From positions 1,014,101 through 1,078,100 of the forward strand of contig NC_092677.1 of the NCBI RefSeq assembly GCF_964355755.1: 64,000 nt of DNA, given 5' to 3'. Numbering within the stretch: position 1 is the first letter of the stretch; each line of letters opens with the position of its first letter. The notes beneath the pieces were generated by a model. That model made no database searches, was not told where the DNA came from, and saw only the letters and a program-made list of their open reading frames with translations. Of this stretch, positions 1 through 13,600 are shown piece after piece. Origin of the DNA: Antedon mediterranea. Lineage: Eukaryota; Animalia; Echinodermata. The position numbers and the translations under genes were made by a program.

Positions 1-839
1 GCGAAATTCGCAAACAGTTTGTGTGCGAGAAAAACGTCTGTAAAATCATGAATTTAAAAATGTATTTGTTACTTTTTATGTGATTCTTTTTCATAAAAGT
101 GCCAATTCTAAGGTGTGGTATTCAGAATAAATGTTGGGAGTTAAAATACAAGGCAGGTGCGAAAGATAAATATTTGTAATCTTAGGTCTGGGGGGGGGGG
201 TCTTAGCTTTCGTGGTCTTAGGTTTCGTGACACCCCCTCAGAGGTCCCTTAAAAGTTCCCTTAACTTGGTTGTGCTGACGATTCTGTATGTGTGCGAGTA
301 CTATGCCTACTTGTAGATGGCCCCAGTGTAGGCTAGGTAGAGACTGTTGGTCTGCCCACTGTTTTGTGGAAGATGGCTTCCCATTTCGTTGTATTAATAG
401 AAATTAGCCCCATTCTAGTAGGCTAGGTAGAGGTGCTAGGGCCGCTGTTGGTCTGCCCAGTAACCAGCCTAGAGGATGCATATGCCTCAATACAGACAGG
501 TTTAGGCCTACACAGAATGTTGGTTTGTTAGTAGGCTAAACCTATTTTTCTTAATCCTCATACAAATTAGTCTGGGTTTAATATTCATTTACTTGTTTTT
601 GTTTTGACTGCCATTTTCTTTTTATTGATCATCATCGTCCATACACTTTTTTCTTCATCCTCCCCGTCCCCCCAACCCCTTACTCTTTTTTTAAAATATG
701 CAAATTAGTTTTAGAGAGGAAAGTGATTGGACCATAGGGGAATTAAATCCTCTGTTATTGGACAATGGGACAACTCATGAATATTTATGATTATTTTTAC
801 CCTTAAGTTTTACCCTTACATTAAGTGTTTTCCTTAGGT

Positions 840-1735
840 AAGTGAATGTCAGCAAAACTAATTACGTTGTTTTTAGAACTAGCCAAAAGAACTTTGACAA
901 AAACCAGTTTAAAATAAAAATGAATAATGTGTTATTACATAGAAAAGAAAATGTGACATTTCTAGGTGTAATGTTAAACGAAAATCTTAACTGGAAACAT
1001 CACATACAGCTTATTAGGAAAAAAATGTCTAGGGCAATTGGTATACTTTTAAAAGTAAGAGAATTCTTTCCTCATAAAGTCCGTATTAGTCTTTATAACA
1101 CCTTAGTATTACCTCACCTTCAGTATGGTAACTTAATATGGGGAAATACATACAAGAGCACGTTAGAAGTAATACTAAAACTCCAAAAGAGAGCTGTAAA
1201 ATGCATTACCTTCTCTAAATCCAGACAAGCCTCAGAGCCACTGTTTAAGAAACTAAAAATATTAAACGTTTATGATATTTACAAAGTAAACGTCATAGGA
1301 TTTATGGCAAACGTAAAATTCAATGAATTACCACATCACATTTTAAATATTTTTAATTACTGTGACAGTATTAGGCCTACTCATAACCTCAGAACAGAAA
1401 CTGAATTCGAAATTCCCTTCACAAGACTAACTTGCAGTCAACAGTTTATACACATATATGGACCAAAATTGTGGAAAGAATTCACTTGTAATGGTGGTAA
1501 TAAACCGGTTATCTTAAAGAAACAAAATAAATGTATAAAAAAACAGGTTAAAAAATACTTTTTATCACTATATGCTGATTAACAACACCTTTGTTTATTT
1601 AAGTTCTATATACTTGTTCTTATGTAAAAGGGTCCTACAAAAAAACGAAGCTATAGCTTTTTTATGCAGGATCCCTGTTCTCAGTTGTACTGTAATTATG
1701 ATGTACTGTAATTGATGACTAAATAAATGTGGAAT
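840..1735 (+). mobile_element. 5'-truncated non-LTR retrotransposon (CR1/L2-group LINE), C-terminal part of RT ORF plus 3' UTR
   Basis: ORF 842-1582 has typical post-RT LINE motifs (FLGVMLNENLNWKHHI, LYNTLVLPHLQYGNLIWG, LQKRAVKCI, GPKLW); AATAAA at ~1722/1732. Confidence 0.85.
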
Positions 1736-1867
1736 AAAATCCCTTAACTCAATTGTGAATACCCCTTAAGTGTTTCTCTTTGTTAAGGGAATTCTTAAAT
1801 TTTAAGGGTAAGTATTTCCCTTAGCCTAAGTGAGATTGGTGAATACGGCCATCTGGACTATAATAGA

Positions 1868-1934
1868 GATATCTTAGTTTTAAACTAAGATATCTTCGAT
1901 ATCTTAGTTTTAAACTAAGATATCTTCGATATCT
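1868..1934. repeat. Tandem 30-bp near-palindromic unit (GATATCTTAGTTTTAAACTAAGATATCTTC) x2+
   Basis: Directly visible; probably internal to a non-autonomous DNA element. Confidence 0.7.
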
Positions 1935-2286
1935 TTTTTTCCGAATAAATGACAGCTTGGCGCGCCATACGCGACTCATAATACTATCTCTTTGATGTGA
2001 CCTACATAATAATAATGTCAGAGAGGGCGGAAAACACGGGTGGTAGTAGGTCAGAGCTATATATATTCCTATGTAGAATATGGAGTTGAATCTTTTGTTT
2101 TAAAAATGTATATGGTGGCGCGCGTATGTATGCCTATAAGAAGAACACGTGGCGAACTTTCTATTGTTTATTCTTTTAATATTTTAGTTAGGCAGAGGAG
2201 CACCGGTTAGCGTTACGTTACTATGGAAGCCCGTTCGGGCCACAAAAAAAGCTATATTTTAAAAGCTGTTATCTGGCTTTTTTTAT

Positions 2287-2480
2287 TAAGTGGCGGCCAC
2301 CAGATAATTAGGTGGCGGCCGCCAGATAATTAAGTGGCGGCTGCCAGATAATTAAGTGGCGGCCGCCAGATAATTAAGTGGCGGCCGTCAGATAATAAAG
2401 TGGCGGCCGCCAGATAATAAAGTGGCGGCCGCCAGATAATTAAATGGCGGCCGCCAGATAATTAAGTGGCGGCCGCCAGA
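2287..2480. repeat. 22-bp minisatellite TAAGTGGCGGCCGCCAGATAAT, ~9 copies
   Basis: Head-to-tail units with no spacers; palindromic core TGGCGGCCGCCA. Confidence 0.9.
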
Positions 2481-2799
2481 AAATATAGTTATAATATATA
2501 TATAATAATAAATCATAGTACTATTTCATTAAAATAATATGTTCGTATTCGGCGTAGTAATATTGTCAGAAATTGTTGTCTCTGATTGGTCGAATAAGTT
2601 TTGTGCTGTGTTGTTACGACGGAAAATCAGATATTCCCCAACAATTAATGACTTTAAATCTTTTTAAATTTTTTTTTCTTCATAATTCATAATTTTAAAA
2701 GCAACATTTAATCTTTCATTAACTATTTAAACGAATGCGTGAGTTGATCTGAATCATAAGGCGATGGATTATTCACTCACTGTCGCTTGTCATTGATCA

Positions 2800-4406
2800 T
2801 TTTTTTTTTTTTTTATTCAATTTCCAGGTAACATACAAAAATCATAAACAAGGTACGGCATCATTCAATAAAACAGAACAAAAGTACTATCAGCACCTGC
2901 GGGTAACCAAAAGTGGATCAGTTCAAAAGAACTACACTGTCGAGTGGCTTTCCCAACTAATAGTACGAAAAACGCAATAGACATAAAAACACAGAGATAG
3001 TCTAGATGAATTCGATATCAGTAATACATTTTTTCAAATCCCTTCTAAACCCCACAAAGTTAAACAGGACTTTGTTACGAACTTCATGCGGGATACATTT
3101 CCATATTCGAGGGAAATTAACAAACAGGGAGTATTTAAATGCATTAGTTCTAGCATACATGTGTATGAACCATATCTGGCAAATTTAGCGTCTTAAGCCT
3201 GTCAGTGAAATCGCCTTCAACACACAATTTAGTAACCCGTCTTAATGACTTGTTAATAGCTATATTATGTTGTTTTTGATGTGGATCCCACACAAGAGCA
3301 CCATATCCAATAACAGGTCGACATAGTGAATTAAAAAGTCGTAGTAAAATTTCGGTGTCATTGAAACCTACAAACCGTTTGATAAACCCAAGCATTCTCA
3401 TAGATTTCATCGATACATCATTAACGTGAGCAGACCATTTTAAATCACGTGAGAAGTTAATACCAAGATATGTATGTGAATTAACAGCTTTAAGGGGATT
3501 GGATTCGATTGTATAAATAAAATGAGGGATATAATTACGTTTCCTAGTTATGTGCATGACTTTACACTTCTTTGCATTTAATTTCATTTTATTATCCTCA
3601 CACCATTTGGAAATTTTACAAAGATCCTGTTGTAAGGTAAGTGCATCATGACGACTGAATACAGGTTTATAAATTACTGTATCATATCTGCATACTGCTT
3701 CATAACAGAAGAGGTATTTAGAGGTAGGTCATAAACAAAGAGATTGAATAGAAGCGGGCCTAACACTGATCTCCGAGGAACACCCGAGCCCACTCTATCC
3801 CAATCAGAATGCTCCTTATTAAGAACAACACGTTGGAATCTGTCACTGAGAAAAAGGAGTGAAGACACTTTAGGAGAGATCCACATACTCCCATTTTGTG
3901 CAGTTTCTTGATTACTAAATCATGGGGAACACGGTCAAAGGCCTTCTTCCAATCAAGGAATATTGCATCAATTACAGGAGGTTGTCTAACATCCATTGTT
4001 TGTGACCAACCATGATATAACGCTGAGGCCTGTGTAATACACGATCTACCTGGATAAAACCCGTGTTGCATGGGACTTATAAATCCAAAAAATTGAAGAT
4101 GAAAAAGAATGTTATCTGCTATAATACGTTCAAAAACCTTACCTATAATAGAACATAGCGATATGGGTCGATAATTATTAACATCATTACGATTACCTGA
4201 CTTAAAAATAGGAGTGACATTCGCGAGTTTCCAATCTTTTGGTACAAAGCCATCCGTTAAGAACTTGTTAAACATTTTGCACAACACTGGGGCAATAATT
4301 GGAGCTGACATGGATAATATTTTAGGTGTAATCCCGTCAGGTTCAGGGGATTTGTTGGGTTTCAAGGACAATAGAGCCTCGAAAATAGTTTTTTCAGTAA
4401 TATTAA
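2800..4406 (-). mobile_element. Degenerate 5'-truncated CR1-clade LINE (reverse transcriptase, frameshifted)
   Basis: Overlapping minus ORFs 3760-4371 (KSPEPDGI, YRPISL, QHGF, LDWKKAFDRVPH), 3674-3886 (GVPRRSVLGPLLF, YADM) and 3150-3587 (KLNAKKCKVM, YLGI); poly-A tail seen as a T-run at ~2800-2814. Confidence 0.92.
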
Positions 4407-4449
4407 TACGCTTACGTCCTTGCGTTGCGTCCTAGTGGGAACCAAGCTT
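4407..4449. mobile_element. Right end of a MITE (TIR ...CTAGTGGGAACCAAGCTT) interrupted by the CR1 LINE; left part at ~2735-2799
   Basis: Same sequence as the intact MITE at 29042-29203 (GCGATGGATTAT...CGCTTGT on the left, CCTTGCGTTGCGT..TAGTGGGAACCAAGCTT on the right). Confidence 0.7.
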
Positions 4450-4899
4450 ACAGATTATACCATATTCATCCATATATTACCTACTTCATTATGTTATTAA
4501 ATTCCCTGTCAATTAATTTTCGTTAAAGAAAATAATTTGCATATTTTGTATAATAATAATGTACTTAGCGCACGCGCGCGCAATTATTCTTTGCTGCAAG
4601 AAGTCGGACCGCAAACTTCTGTCTTTATTCACCGTCAAATATGGAATTACATTTTGAAACATATAAAAAAAAACAATTTTATTGCTCCTATACTTTATAT
4701 GCATTACTGGAGAAAATTTGACTTGACACATTTTGATATCACGTGACTTTAACCCAATGTCGGAACTCTTTATATTATGGCTCTGGTTTTATCCACCCCT
4801 CCGCCCTCTATCATCTCAATCTTCCTCCTACAGTCCGTTCTCTTAAACAACCACTATTTAATTGAAAAAACCTCCTATTATTTTCTGAATAATCTTTTC

Positions 4900-4981
4900 A
4901 CGCTGTCGCCCTCTATTTTGCCTTTCGCGTTTTAGTTATTAGCAATTCAGTCAGACTGAAATGAACAGCGATACAATAAAA
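4900..4981 (+). other. Probable non-coding first exon of receptor gene A1 (5' boundary uncertain)
   Basis: Ends AAAA|GTAAGTTT; the same donor context precedes A2 (15321) and A3 (22216), and each leader exon starts with an acceptor a few nt before its ATG. Confidence 0.45.
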
Positions 4982-6121
4982 GTAAGTTTTTCAGAATTGA
5001 TTTTTTGTTAGACATACAATGTTTATTATTATTATCTAATCTGAATAATAATACGGTAATAGAGCAACTAATTATAATAATTGGACAGGCCTTCGTTAAA
5101 AAAGGCCGTAGGTCTAAAGCCGTATGCCGGTATATAGCCTATACAGTACGGTCCGAGAAAAATGTATTGCAATGAATCACGAAGTCATTTTTAAAACCTA
5201 CAAAATAACCTATTCAAAGTCTGATTTTAAATTCTTCATTTTTCATGTTTTTGAGAGACAATACATATTTAAAGTGACATATAGAACTTGTAAAAAAAAA
5301 GTAAAAACAGTTAGTCAATCACATCTGCCAATTTTTTCATTGGATTGGATAACCTCTACCATTAGTTATGGGATGCACTTTATTGTGACATCGACACCAA
5401 ACCATTCAAAATGCTATAAAAAAATCTAACTTATTGCTAACCTTCTTAAAGATGTACGGTGATCACATAATAGTATTACAAATACATTACAAATATATTA
5501 TGGAAGCTGATGAAATGTAGATACATCCATGTAAATTGTAGTGATATCATTGGCCACCTGAAGTGTCTAAAAGTAGGATTTATTTCTCTTTATCAAATTT
5601 ATGAGACGCATCTCACTTATTTGTGTCTGATTTTCTCAAATTTTCAAGCAATTATCATTCATTCGCATGTGTTACCACAATTTTCATTTTGGTAATGTCA
5701 TCATGTCTGAAAATGTAAATACTTTGGCTCGCGTATATCTAACATCAGTTATAGCTCAGCTCTTCAAAATGAAAGGTGACTCTCATGTTTATAGGTAATA
5801 ATAGGTATGATGTTGATGTAAAACTTTGGCCTATAGGTTGTTGTGACCTCATCATATGGCTGAATTAAAGCAATAGGATTTTTTTCTTTTTTGTTGTGGT
5901 TCATCTCATTCTAAAGAGCGCGCCCCTTATTTCTTTAATTGCACGATTTTCTTCCAAATTGTAATATGTTCTTACTCAGGCAATTTTCTTTCGTAGTTAA
6001 TCTTTGTTTAATTTAGGTTTCGTCATCATTCTATTCTATTTTGTATGACACTCTACCAAGAACAGAGCGCCTAACAATATTTAAACTACTAAATAAAAAG
6101 AAAAGTCTTATGGGCCGGGTA

Positions 6122-7320
6122 GCGATTTTTTTTTTCGTACATAAGTTGGGGACCCCATCATGAAACGTCACAAAATAAACATGAATAATTCATCAGTTAA
6201 ATTTTCTTGTTCCGTGTGCACCCAAGCGTATAGCAACAAGAAGTGATTACACAAGTGCGGTACGATTCTAGGCCTATCTCCGCTGATTTCATAATAGAAT
6301 AGCGGAGTTTTGTGTGGATTGTCGAAATAATCAGCCTTTAGTTTATGGTGTTTTTAATATAGTTTATTACTAAAGAATTACGTGTTAAAATTATAGTTTC
6401 TATTGATACTATTAGGCCTAATTACTAGTCTCTAAACCCCTGTATATTCTAGTAGTAGTAGCTGTGTGGGTGTGTGTGACTTGTGTCTTTGGGCTATGTC
6501 CAATTACTACTTAGTTTAATGTTTTGCCTAGCTGTCGATTAGCCTCGACATATTTTGCATAGTGGACGTGTGTGTGAAGAAGAGTGCGCAAAGGCAATCA
6601 CGTGAATTGACCTAGAATCCTAGGCCTATTATTGTAGAAAGAATCGTATCGCAGTTGTTGTTCCGTGTGCACCCAAGCGTTCTTGGACATAGCCCAAAGA
6701 AAGCTTAGACCCACAAGAATAAAGAATGTGTATAATTTGTGTACTGTATTTTTTTAATTCTGCTATCAATTATCAAACAATATGCAATGTACTCAAAGGA
6801 ACTTTAAAAATGCGCGTATATGAACACATGAGATGGGAAGATTTGACCCACGAGAATAAAAAATGTATTTTTGTGTAATGTTTATTGTTTAATTTTGCTG
6901 ACTTATTACTCGGATTGTGTCATACCAAAGATAGTGTAACTATCTTTGGTCATACCTAACACACACACACGTCACACACATCCACACAGCTACTACTAGA
7001 ATAGACATGGGTTTAGAGACTAATAATTAGGCCTAATAGTATTAATAGAAACTATAATTTTAACACGTAATTCTTTAGTAATAAATTATATTAAAAACAC
7101 CATAAACTAAAGGCCGATTATTTCGACAATCCACACAAAACGCCGCTATTCTTCAACAGCGGAGATAGGCCTAGAATCGTACCGCACTTGTGTAATCACT
7201 TCTTGTTGCTATACGCTTGGGTGCACACGGAACAAGAAAATTTAACTGATGAATTATTCATGTTTATTTTGTGACGTTTCATGAGGGGGTCCCCAACTTA
7301 TGTACGAAAAAAAAAATCTC
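6122..7320. mobile_element. Non-autonomous Mutator-like/foldback DNA transposon with ~360-bp terminal inverted repeats
   Basis: 6124-6485 is the reverse complement of ~6960-7318; flanked by a 9-bp direct repeat GGCCGGGTA (6113-6121, 7321-7329). Confidence 0.85.
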
Positions 7321-7631
7321 GGCCGGGTACGTTTAAATAGAGGCGCCGAATTGGTTTCTCGTAAATTAACATAGAGCAATGTTTCAGATGCACGGAGTGG
7401 TGACAGAAAAAGCGTTATAAAAATTAGTTAAAATTCTTGATATTGAATGACACTACTTAATTATTTATCTTACACACATAATAATTCTGCTGAATGAGAT
7501 TACCGCGGCAGGTTTACGTATAGAAATGTTACGGTACCGTGTGCATGATGTAGGCCTATAATGTAGGTCTAATGAGTTCCAATGACTGAAACATTATTTA
7601 TGTTGTCCGTTGGTTTCTCTACAGATTTGTA

Positions 7632-10600
7632 ATGGAAATATACAAGCTTACAACATTTCTCTTGACAATCGAACTATGTGATAGTGAGAAAACATTTATT
7701 TTCTATAAGAAAATCAAACTGAAAAATGTCATTAAAATATGTTATTATCTTTCCTTTAATTGTATACCGTACATAATTATAAAAATATACTGTAATAACT
7801 TTGACGCCAGTGGTTGATCCAAAATTCTGAAAACAGCACACCTTTTTCTTATCCCCATAGGCCTATTGTGAACCCAGTGCAGAATTGTTGATTTTTTAAA
7901 TACATATTTTTAATTAAAAATGTATAATTGACAGCAATTGCGCATTTAGATAAAGATTAATATCATGCGTATTCTATTTCAGTTATAAATAGTCAAACTT
8001 CCCCGGTAGTCAATGTACAAGATGCTATTGTAAAATTAGGTGAGAATGCTGTTATCATATGTGATTACACACTCACTGGTACAAGAACTCTTGTTGCTGC
8101 TCAATGGTACAATAGCACATCAGCAGGAGATAGGTTAAACCTTCTTGTTAATAGTGCTATAACAAATCCAGATGGTAGATATGCAGTTGATACCTCACAG
8201 ACTGATGTAGTTACTCTCACCATTGCAAACACAGTGTTGTCTGATGATGGATACTATCAATGCAGAATTGTTGATTCACCTAATGCTGAAACCGGTGAAC
8301 ATTTTGGAAAACTTAATGTTCAATGTAAGTATTTACACAGGGTCTCTGTTCACAAAAACTTCTCAATATTACATTTTAGACAGGGTCTGTTTAGAATCTC
8401 AAAAACAATGAGCCTCAACAAAAATGTCTCAATATTACACTTAAGAAAAGTTTTAGTTGGGAGAAATCTGAAACAAAAACCCCCTATAACGTAATGTTGA
8501 GAAGTTAATCCGGGTCTCTATTTCCGAGATTTTTTTTAAAACCCTATATGATGCTATATGCATTATCATGATGTGGTGTACATTATTATGAACTTTTTTT
8601 TAATCACATTGAAATAAAAAAATAAAGACCATATTAGAAATAAGCTGTTTCAGCTTATGGGTTACCCTGGTATGTTGTTCGAGTACCGAATAAAACAAAC
8701 AAATAAAGAATAAGAAGAAAAGCCGGGCTGCACTGAATTTTTGATTTACCGGTGAATGATCGGCACTTTTCACGCTGCTGCTCTAGCCCGCTATGTTCCA
8801 TTAGGACTACTCAATCAGAAGCTAAAGCAAGTAGCAGTTATAGTTCTAAGGACAGACAGTTTTGTGAAAATGGAAACTCCACTATAATTTATTGATTCCA
8901 GCTGCTACAGTTGTAGACCCAAAAAACGTCTGGGAAAGAGTCTATTAGGACATGTCATGCTAAAATTACAAATCCCTAAGCATTTCTGGTATATTCACTG
9001 TCAGATATTCATTGAATTATTATCAAAACAGTCCATTAAAGTTTGTGTTTGTAATAGGATACTTCACAATTGAAATATCTAGGGTGATGAAGTGACCCCC
9101 AGATTTGACCTTAGCAATAAAATTAACTAAAGTGACAGAAATTGAGTATTCACTTCTGTAACAAAAAAATAATATTTATTCACATATAAAAAAAGAAAAG
9201 AAACCCAAAAACCATTGTCTGACAGACAATTTAAGTATTTGTTGCTTTAAATTACATTTTTTTTAAAATGACACATTCAAAAACATTTGAAATAAAAATA
9301 TTTTTCAATATGCGAGCAGCGTTTTTTGTAAGAAATATTTCTTGTTTAACCCTCCTCCAAAAAAAAATATCATTGATCGATGGGTATCATTTTTTTCCTT
9401 CAAATATCCATCTTTACAGTCAGTTCCTGCTCCATCCATATGATAATAATAAATAACCGAAAGCTACAATTTTCTGAAAAACAAAGTAGGCCTACCCATA
9501 GCTGGATTTTTGAGTGCGACAGAGCAAACATATTCCTATACCTGTGGTGGCTCAAAATACCCCCAATTCGAATTCCTGGATATGACTTTTAACGGGTCGT
9601 GTGTGTTATATTTATCACGTACAACCATCTGTTAAAAGTCATTGACATAGTCCATAAAGCTTAACATGATAATAAATATTGTGTCTCATGTTCCTCCCAT
9701 GTTCCTTTTTTACAGATTTTGAAAGCAGTAGTAGTCTTACGATTGGTGTAAATAACAACATCACTGCACAGAATGTTATAATCACATGCTCTGGTAATGT
9801 AGTTGGCAATCCAGTTCCTGATATAAACCTCTATAGAGATAGCCCTATTATTCTAACACAGACAACATTGCCTCTAACATACACAATAGCTACTGTGTCA
9901 GAGAATGATGGAGGAATCTATAGATGTGAAGCAAACAATACTGCTGGAACTGTGACAAGTAATACTAATTTAACGCTTACTTACTGTGAGTACAGAACTA
10001 TTAACACATTTAATTAAAATGAAACCACTAAACAAATAATGTAATAAATGTTTATTTCTCTCATCAAAGAAGGACCGGTTTATAAAACTAATGAATATGT
10101 ATGTTTAGGCCTATAGGCTATGTTAAGGTAGATTTAGCAAATTAAGTTAAAAGTAGTTTATCATTATTATGCACTGTACTACTAAACCATTGAACAGCTT
10201 TAAGTTTTTATAATATTACATTTAGGACATTTCTTGGTCTTCGACTCTGAAGTGTCATTCAGGTTCCCTCTTTTAACATTGTAGAAAAATGTTATATTTG
10301 TGGTGCTTATTTATTACAAAATCAAAATTTCACTCAAATGTTGTGGTACTGCTCATGTTTAGGTTTACCTTTATTTCATATAATGAGACGCCTTGTTTAT
10401 AATATTTATGATATATAAAAAACTAGAGGGTACTCCGAGAGTACAAACCTCCGCCTACTGTAAAATTCCCCTACATAAAATGCCCCCTGAATATTTTTTT
10501 TTTACATTTTTAGTCGCGTGGAAGCGACTCTATAGTTCACTATGTCGGTCGGTCGGTCTGTCTGTCGGTCTGTCTGTCTGTCTGTCTGTCGGTCTGTCTG

Positions 10601-13600
10601 TCTGTCGGTCCGGTATCACTATGCGTTTTATCGCTTTCTGACCTTATCTTGATATCAGTTTAATCTAGCTAGGTCAATTTTTAACAGTATATTCCTTATG
10701 GCCAGGAATCAATGTGGTTATGTTTTCACGGTGCGCAATAAAAAATTACGCGGTCTACGCACGATTTAACGAAATCACGTTTGTAATCATATCTTCACAA
10801 CCATGAATCACAATTAAATAAAATTTGGTACTCATAAATTTCAGGGCATAAATCATCATATGGCAATACAATTACGTGCGTAGCGCATGTAACGCATGCG
10901 TACGCGCGCTTAACATTTTCAAAATTTATTTTCGATGAAATAAGAGTACATTTCAGGCAATTTTAAGCGTTTACAAAATTGCCATGAGTGCGCATATTTT
11001 TGCGCGCGCACTGCGCGTTAAATGTTGTTGCGCACTCTTTTTGCCCGATTTCTGTTTTCTTGACTTACTTTTCAACTCGAAATTACGTTATACGAGCACG
11101 TCGAAAGTGACAGGCTACGCACGTGTAAATTTAAAAAAAATAAATGTTTTTAAACATTTCAACATTTTTAAACATGTTCAGTAATTTCGGTCAGTATAGT
11201 TCACTATGTCGGTCGGTCTCTCTTGTCTGTCTGTCGGTCTGTCGGTCTGTCTGTCGGTCTGTCGGTCTGTCTGTCGGTCTGTCTGTCGGTCTGTCTGTCG
11301 GTCTGTCTGTCGGTCCGGTATCACTATGCATTGTAGCACGCGACTTAATGGCTGTTGGCCTTGTTTTTTATTAGTTCTAAGTGTAAATATGTTAACTGCA
11401 CACTACAAAGTTGTGGATGACAGTGTGGTGTAATGGATATGTATCCAGCCTCTCACTCCTCTCAGTTGAGATCGCTGGTTCAAGTCCCACTGAGGGTTTT
11501 TTTTTTTAATTATTTTTTTATTTCTTTTGTTTTGTTTTTTGTGAACCTTGATCTTTAACCACAATTATATGATGTGTCATTGATCATTGTGGCTAAGTTT
11601 GGTGAGAATCAGATCAAAACTGTGGTCTCTAGGCAGTAAAATAGTTTTTTGTTAGTTGTGACCTTGACCTATGACCTTTTCCCCTCAAATTCAAACTCGT
11701 CCGAGCTTTTTGGGCATAGATCATTGTGTCCAAATTTGGTTAGAATCGGATAAGAACTGTGGCCTCCAGGCTGTTCACAGACACACACACAAACACACAC
11801 ACAAACACACAAACACACACACACACACAAACATACAGGGGTGAAAACATAACCTCCTTGGCGGAGGTAATTAGTTTTAAACCTTTTAACTGAAAGTTAC
11901 GTGTTGACAAAATGAACAAGATACGTAATGGTATATAATAATAATCTATATTTTGAGATAATGTTATATAGCCTACGTGTTGTAATTATATTAGAAATTT
12001 GACAATTTTTGTTTTCTCAGTATACGTAAAATTTTACCGTAAAAGATTGAATAAAAAAATAAAGCTATTCTTTTCAGATAAACCAATATTTGAACAATAT
12101 ATATATACTGTTGGACCCGATGAGAAATATGTTATCACAGCTGATGTTAACGCCAACCCTCAAGATGTGACGTATGTTTGGAGCAGTGATGATGTTAATG
12201 ATACAGATACAAACCCTGCAACATTCACATTCATTGCGTCATCAGTGGAAGACAACACAATTTATGAAATATCAGTAATTGCTACTAATCTTATTGGATC
12301 AATTACAAAGACAATGTGGATCGCAGTCTCAGGTTGTTATTCATTATTTATAGTTCTGTATCGGAAGTTCATAATATAACAACCAACATTTTTTTTTATT
12401 AATGTATTTCCTTTCAACAAACACGTAAGAAAGGTCCGCCGAAATTATGGCAACAAACAAATCATCATACAATTACATCATCATCATAAAAGATAGAAGA
12501 AAAGCATCAACGACGCATTATGTGCATTAGATAGGACATAAATGTTTTACATTCCAAATAGGGCATATCAGTATTTACCCACGTTTTAGTCTGGTAATAT
12601 ACTCTATAAGATAAAAATGTTCCGTTTTTTAGCTACAAACCAGATTGAATCAACAAATTCAGCCAAAATCACAATACCAAGTATGGGTAAGAAGAGATAG
12701 TTAAGGATCACTCAATATGTTTTTAAGTATTAAATACTTATATTATTTAATTGCATTTATGCTTTTTATTCTTCAAAGTCAACACACAGCATTAGTTTAT
12801 TACAAATGCGGAAAATGTCATAATATCTATAAAACAAGTCAATAATAATCTATGAGATTTGTGAGTAATAAGCTCAGTGCTGTTTCATATCGTATGGTAA
12901 CATGCCCACACACACACAACATTTACTGTGTCACTGTCCAACACTAAATACCTAAACAACCCTCTAAACTAAATAATCTCTCTCACTATAGAAATTGCCT
13001 AAAGGTATTTAAAAGAGACAATGTAGAACGTAAAGTGGGAGAAATGATTTATAGTCAGGAGACACGAAACTGCAGGTGTTTTTAATGTATCATAATGCCG
13101 TACGCAAATCGATTGAATAAACCTACAGTACTTAAGTATCCCACTAAAAAATTATTTTGACGCACTATTTGAAGTTAACTAATTGGTATAGTTCATTTGT
13201 ACTAATTTACATTTATGTAACTTTTTACATTACTTTTCAGAGAAAACAGTTGAACCGTGTAATAGCAATACAGGGCTGATAATTGGAATGCTCTTTGTTG
13301 GCATCTTCATTGGTGCCGTAGGATTGTATATTGGATACATTATTCACAATAAGATAAAGAAGGTATGTTGGATTTATAATTCCAAAACTGGTGACAATAT
13401 TCGAATGCTTAAGGACCACATCAATACGTAGAATTCTGCTTATTGTTCAATTTACACAGCCAGGGAAGGGGTGAGAGTAAAGAAAAACTATATTCCACTT
13501 TTAATATTAACTGTCACATAATTATACTTTATGTGAAAAAATGTACATAAATCACATTAACTGACATACATTATGATCAGAATACTACAATATATTACTG

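Larger units (their letters stand above)
10422..11871. mobile_element. Non-autonomous Helitron/Helentron-like element in A1 intron, carrying nested insertions
   Basis: Starts ACTAGAGG..AAACCTCCGCC; ends (CA)n..AACCTCCTTGGCGGAGGTAAT (terminal hairpin); internal TGACCTT motifs. Confidence 0.5.

Noticed and set aside
2287-2480. CRISPR-like array
   Set aside because: Units abut with no unique spacers; eukaryotic context; no cas genes.
8336-8360. RSS-like CACAGGG-9 nt-ACAAAAACT just after the A1 V exon
   Set aside because: Spacer is 9, not 12 or 23; not present after other V exons; V exons already encode the G strand and have normal donors, so no evidence of V(D)J-type rearrangement.
10393-11433. 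SVGLSVCL / DRQTDR ORFs (also 28005-28397, 53149-53417)
   Set aside because: Translations of tetranucleotide repeats inside DINE-like elements.
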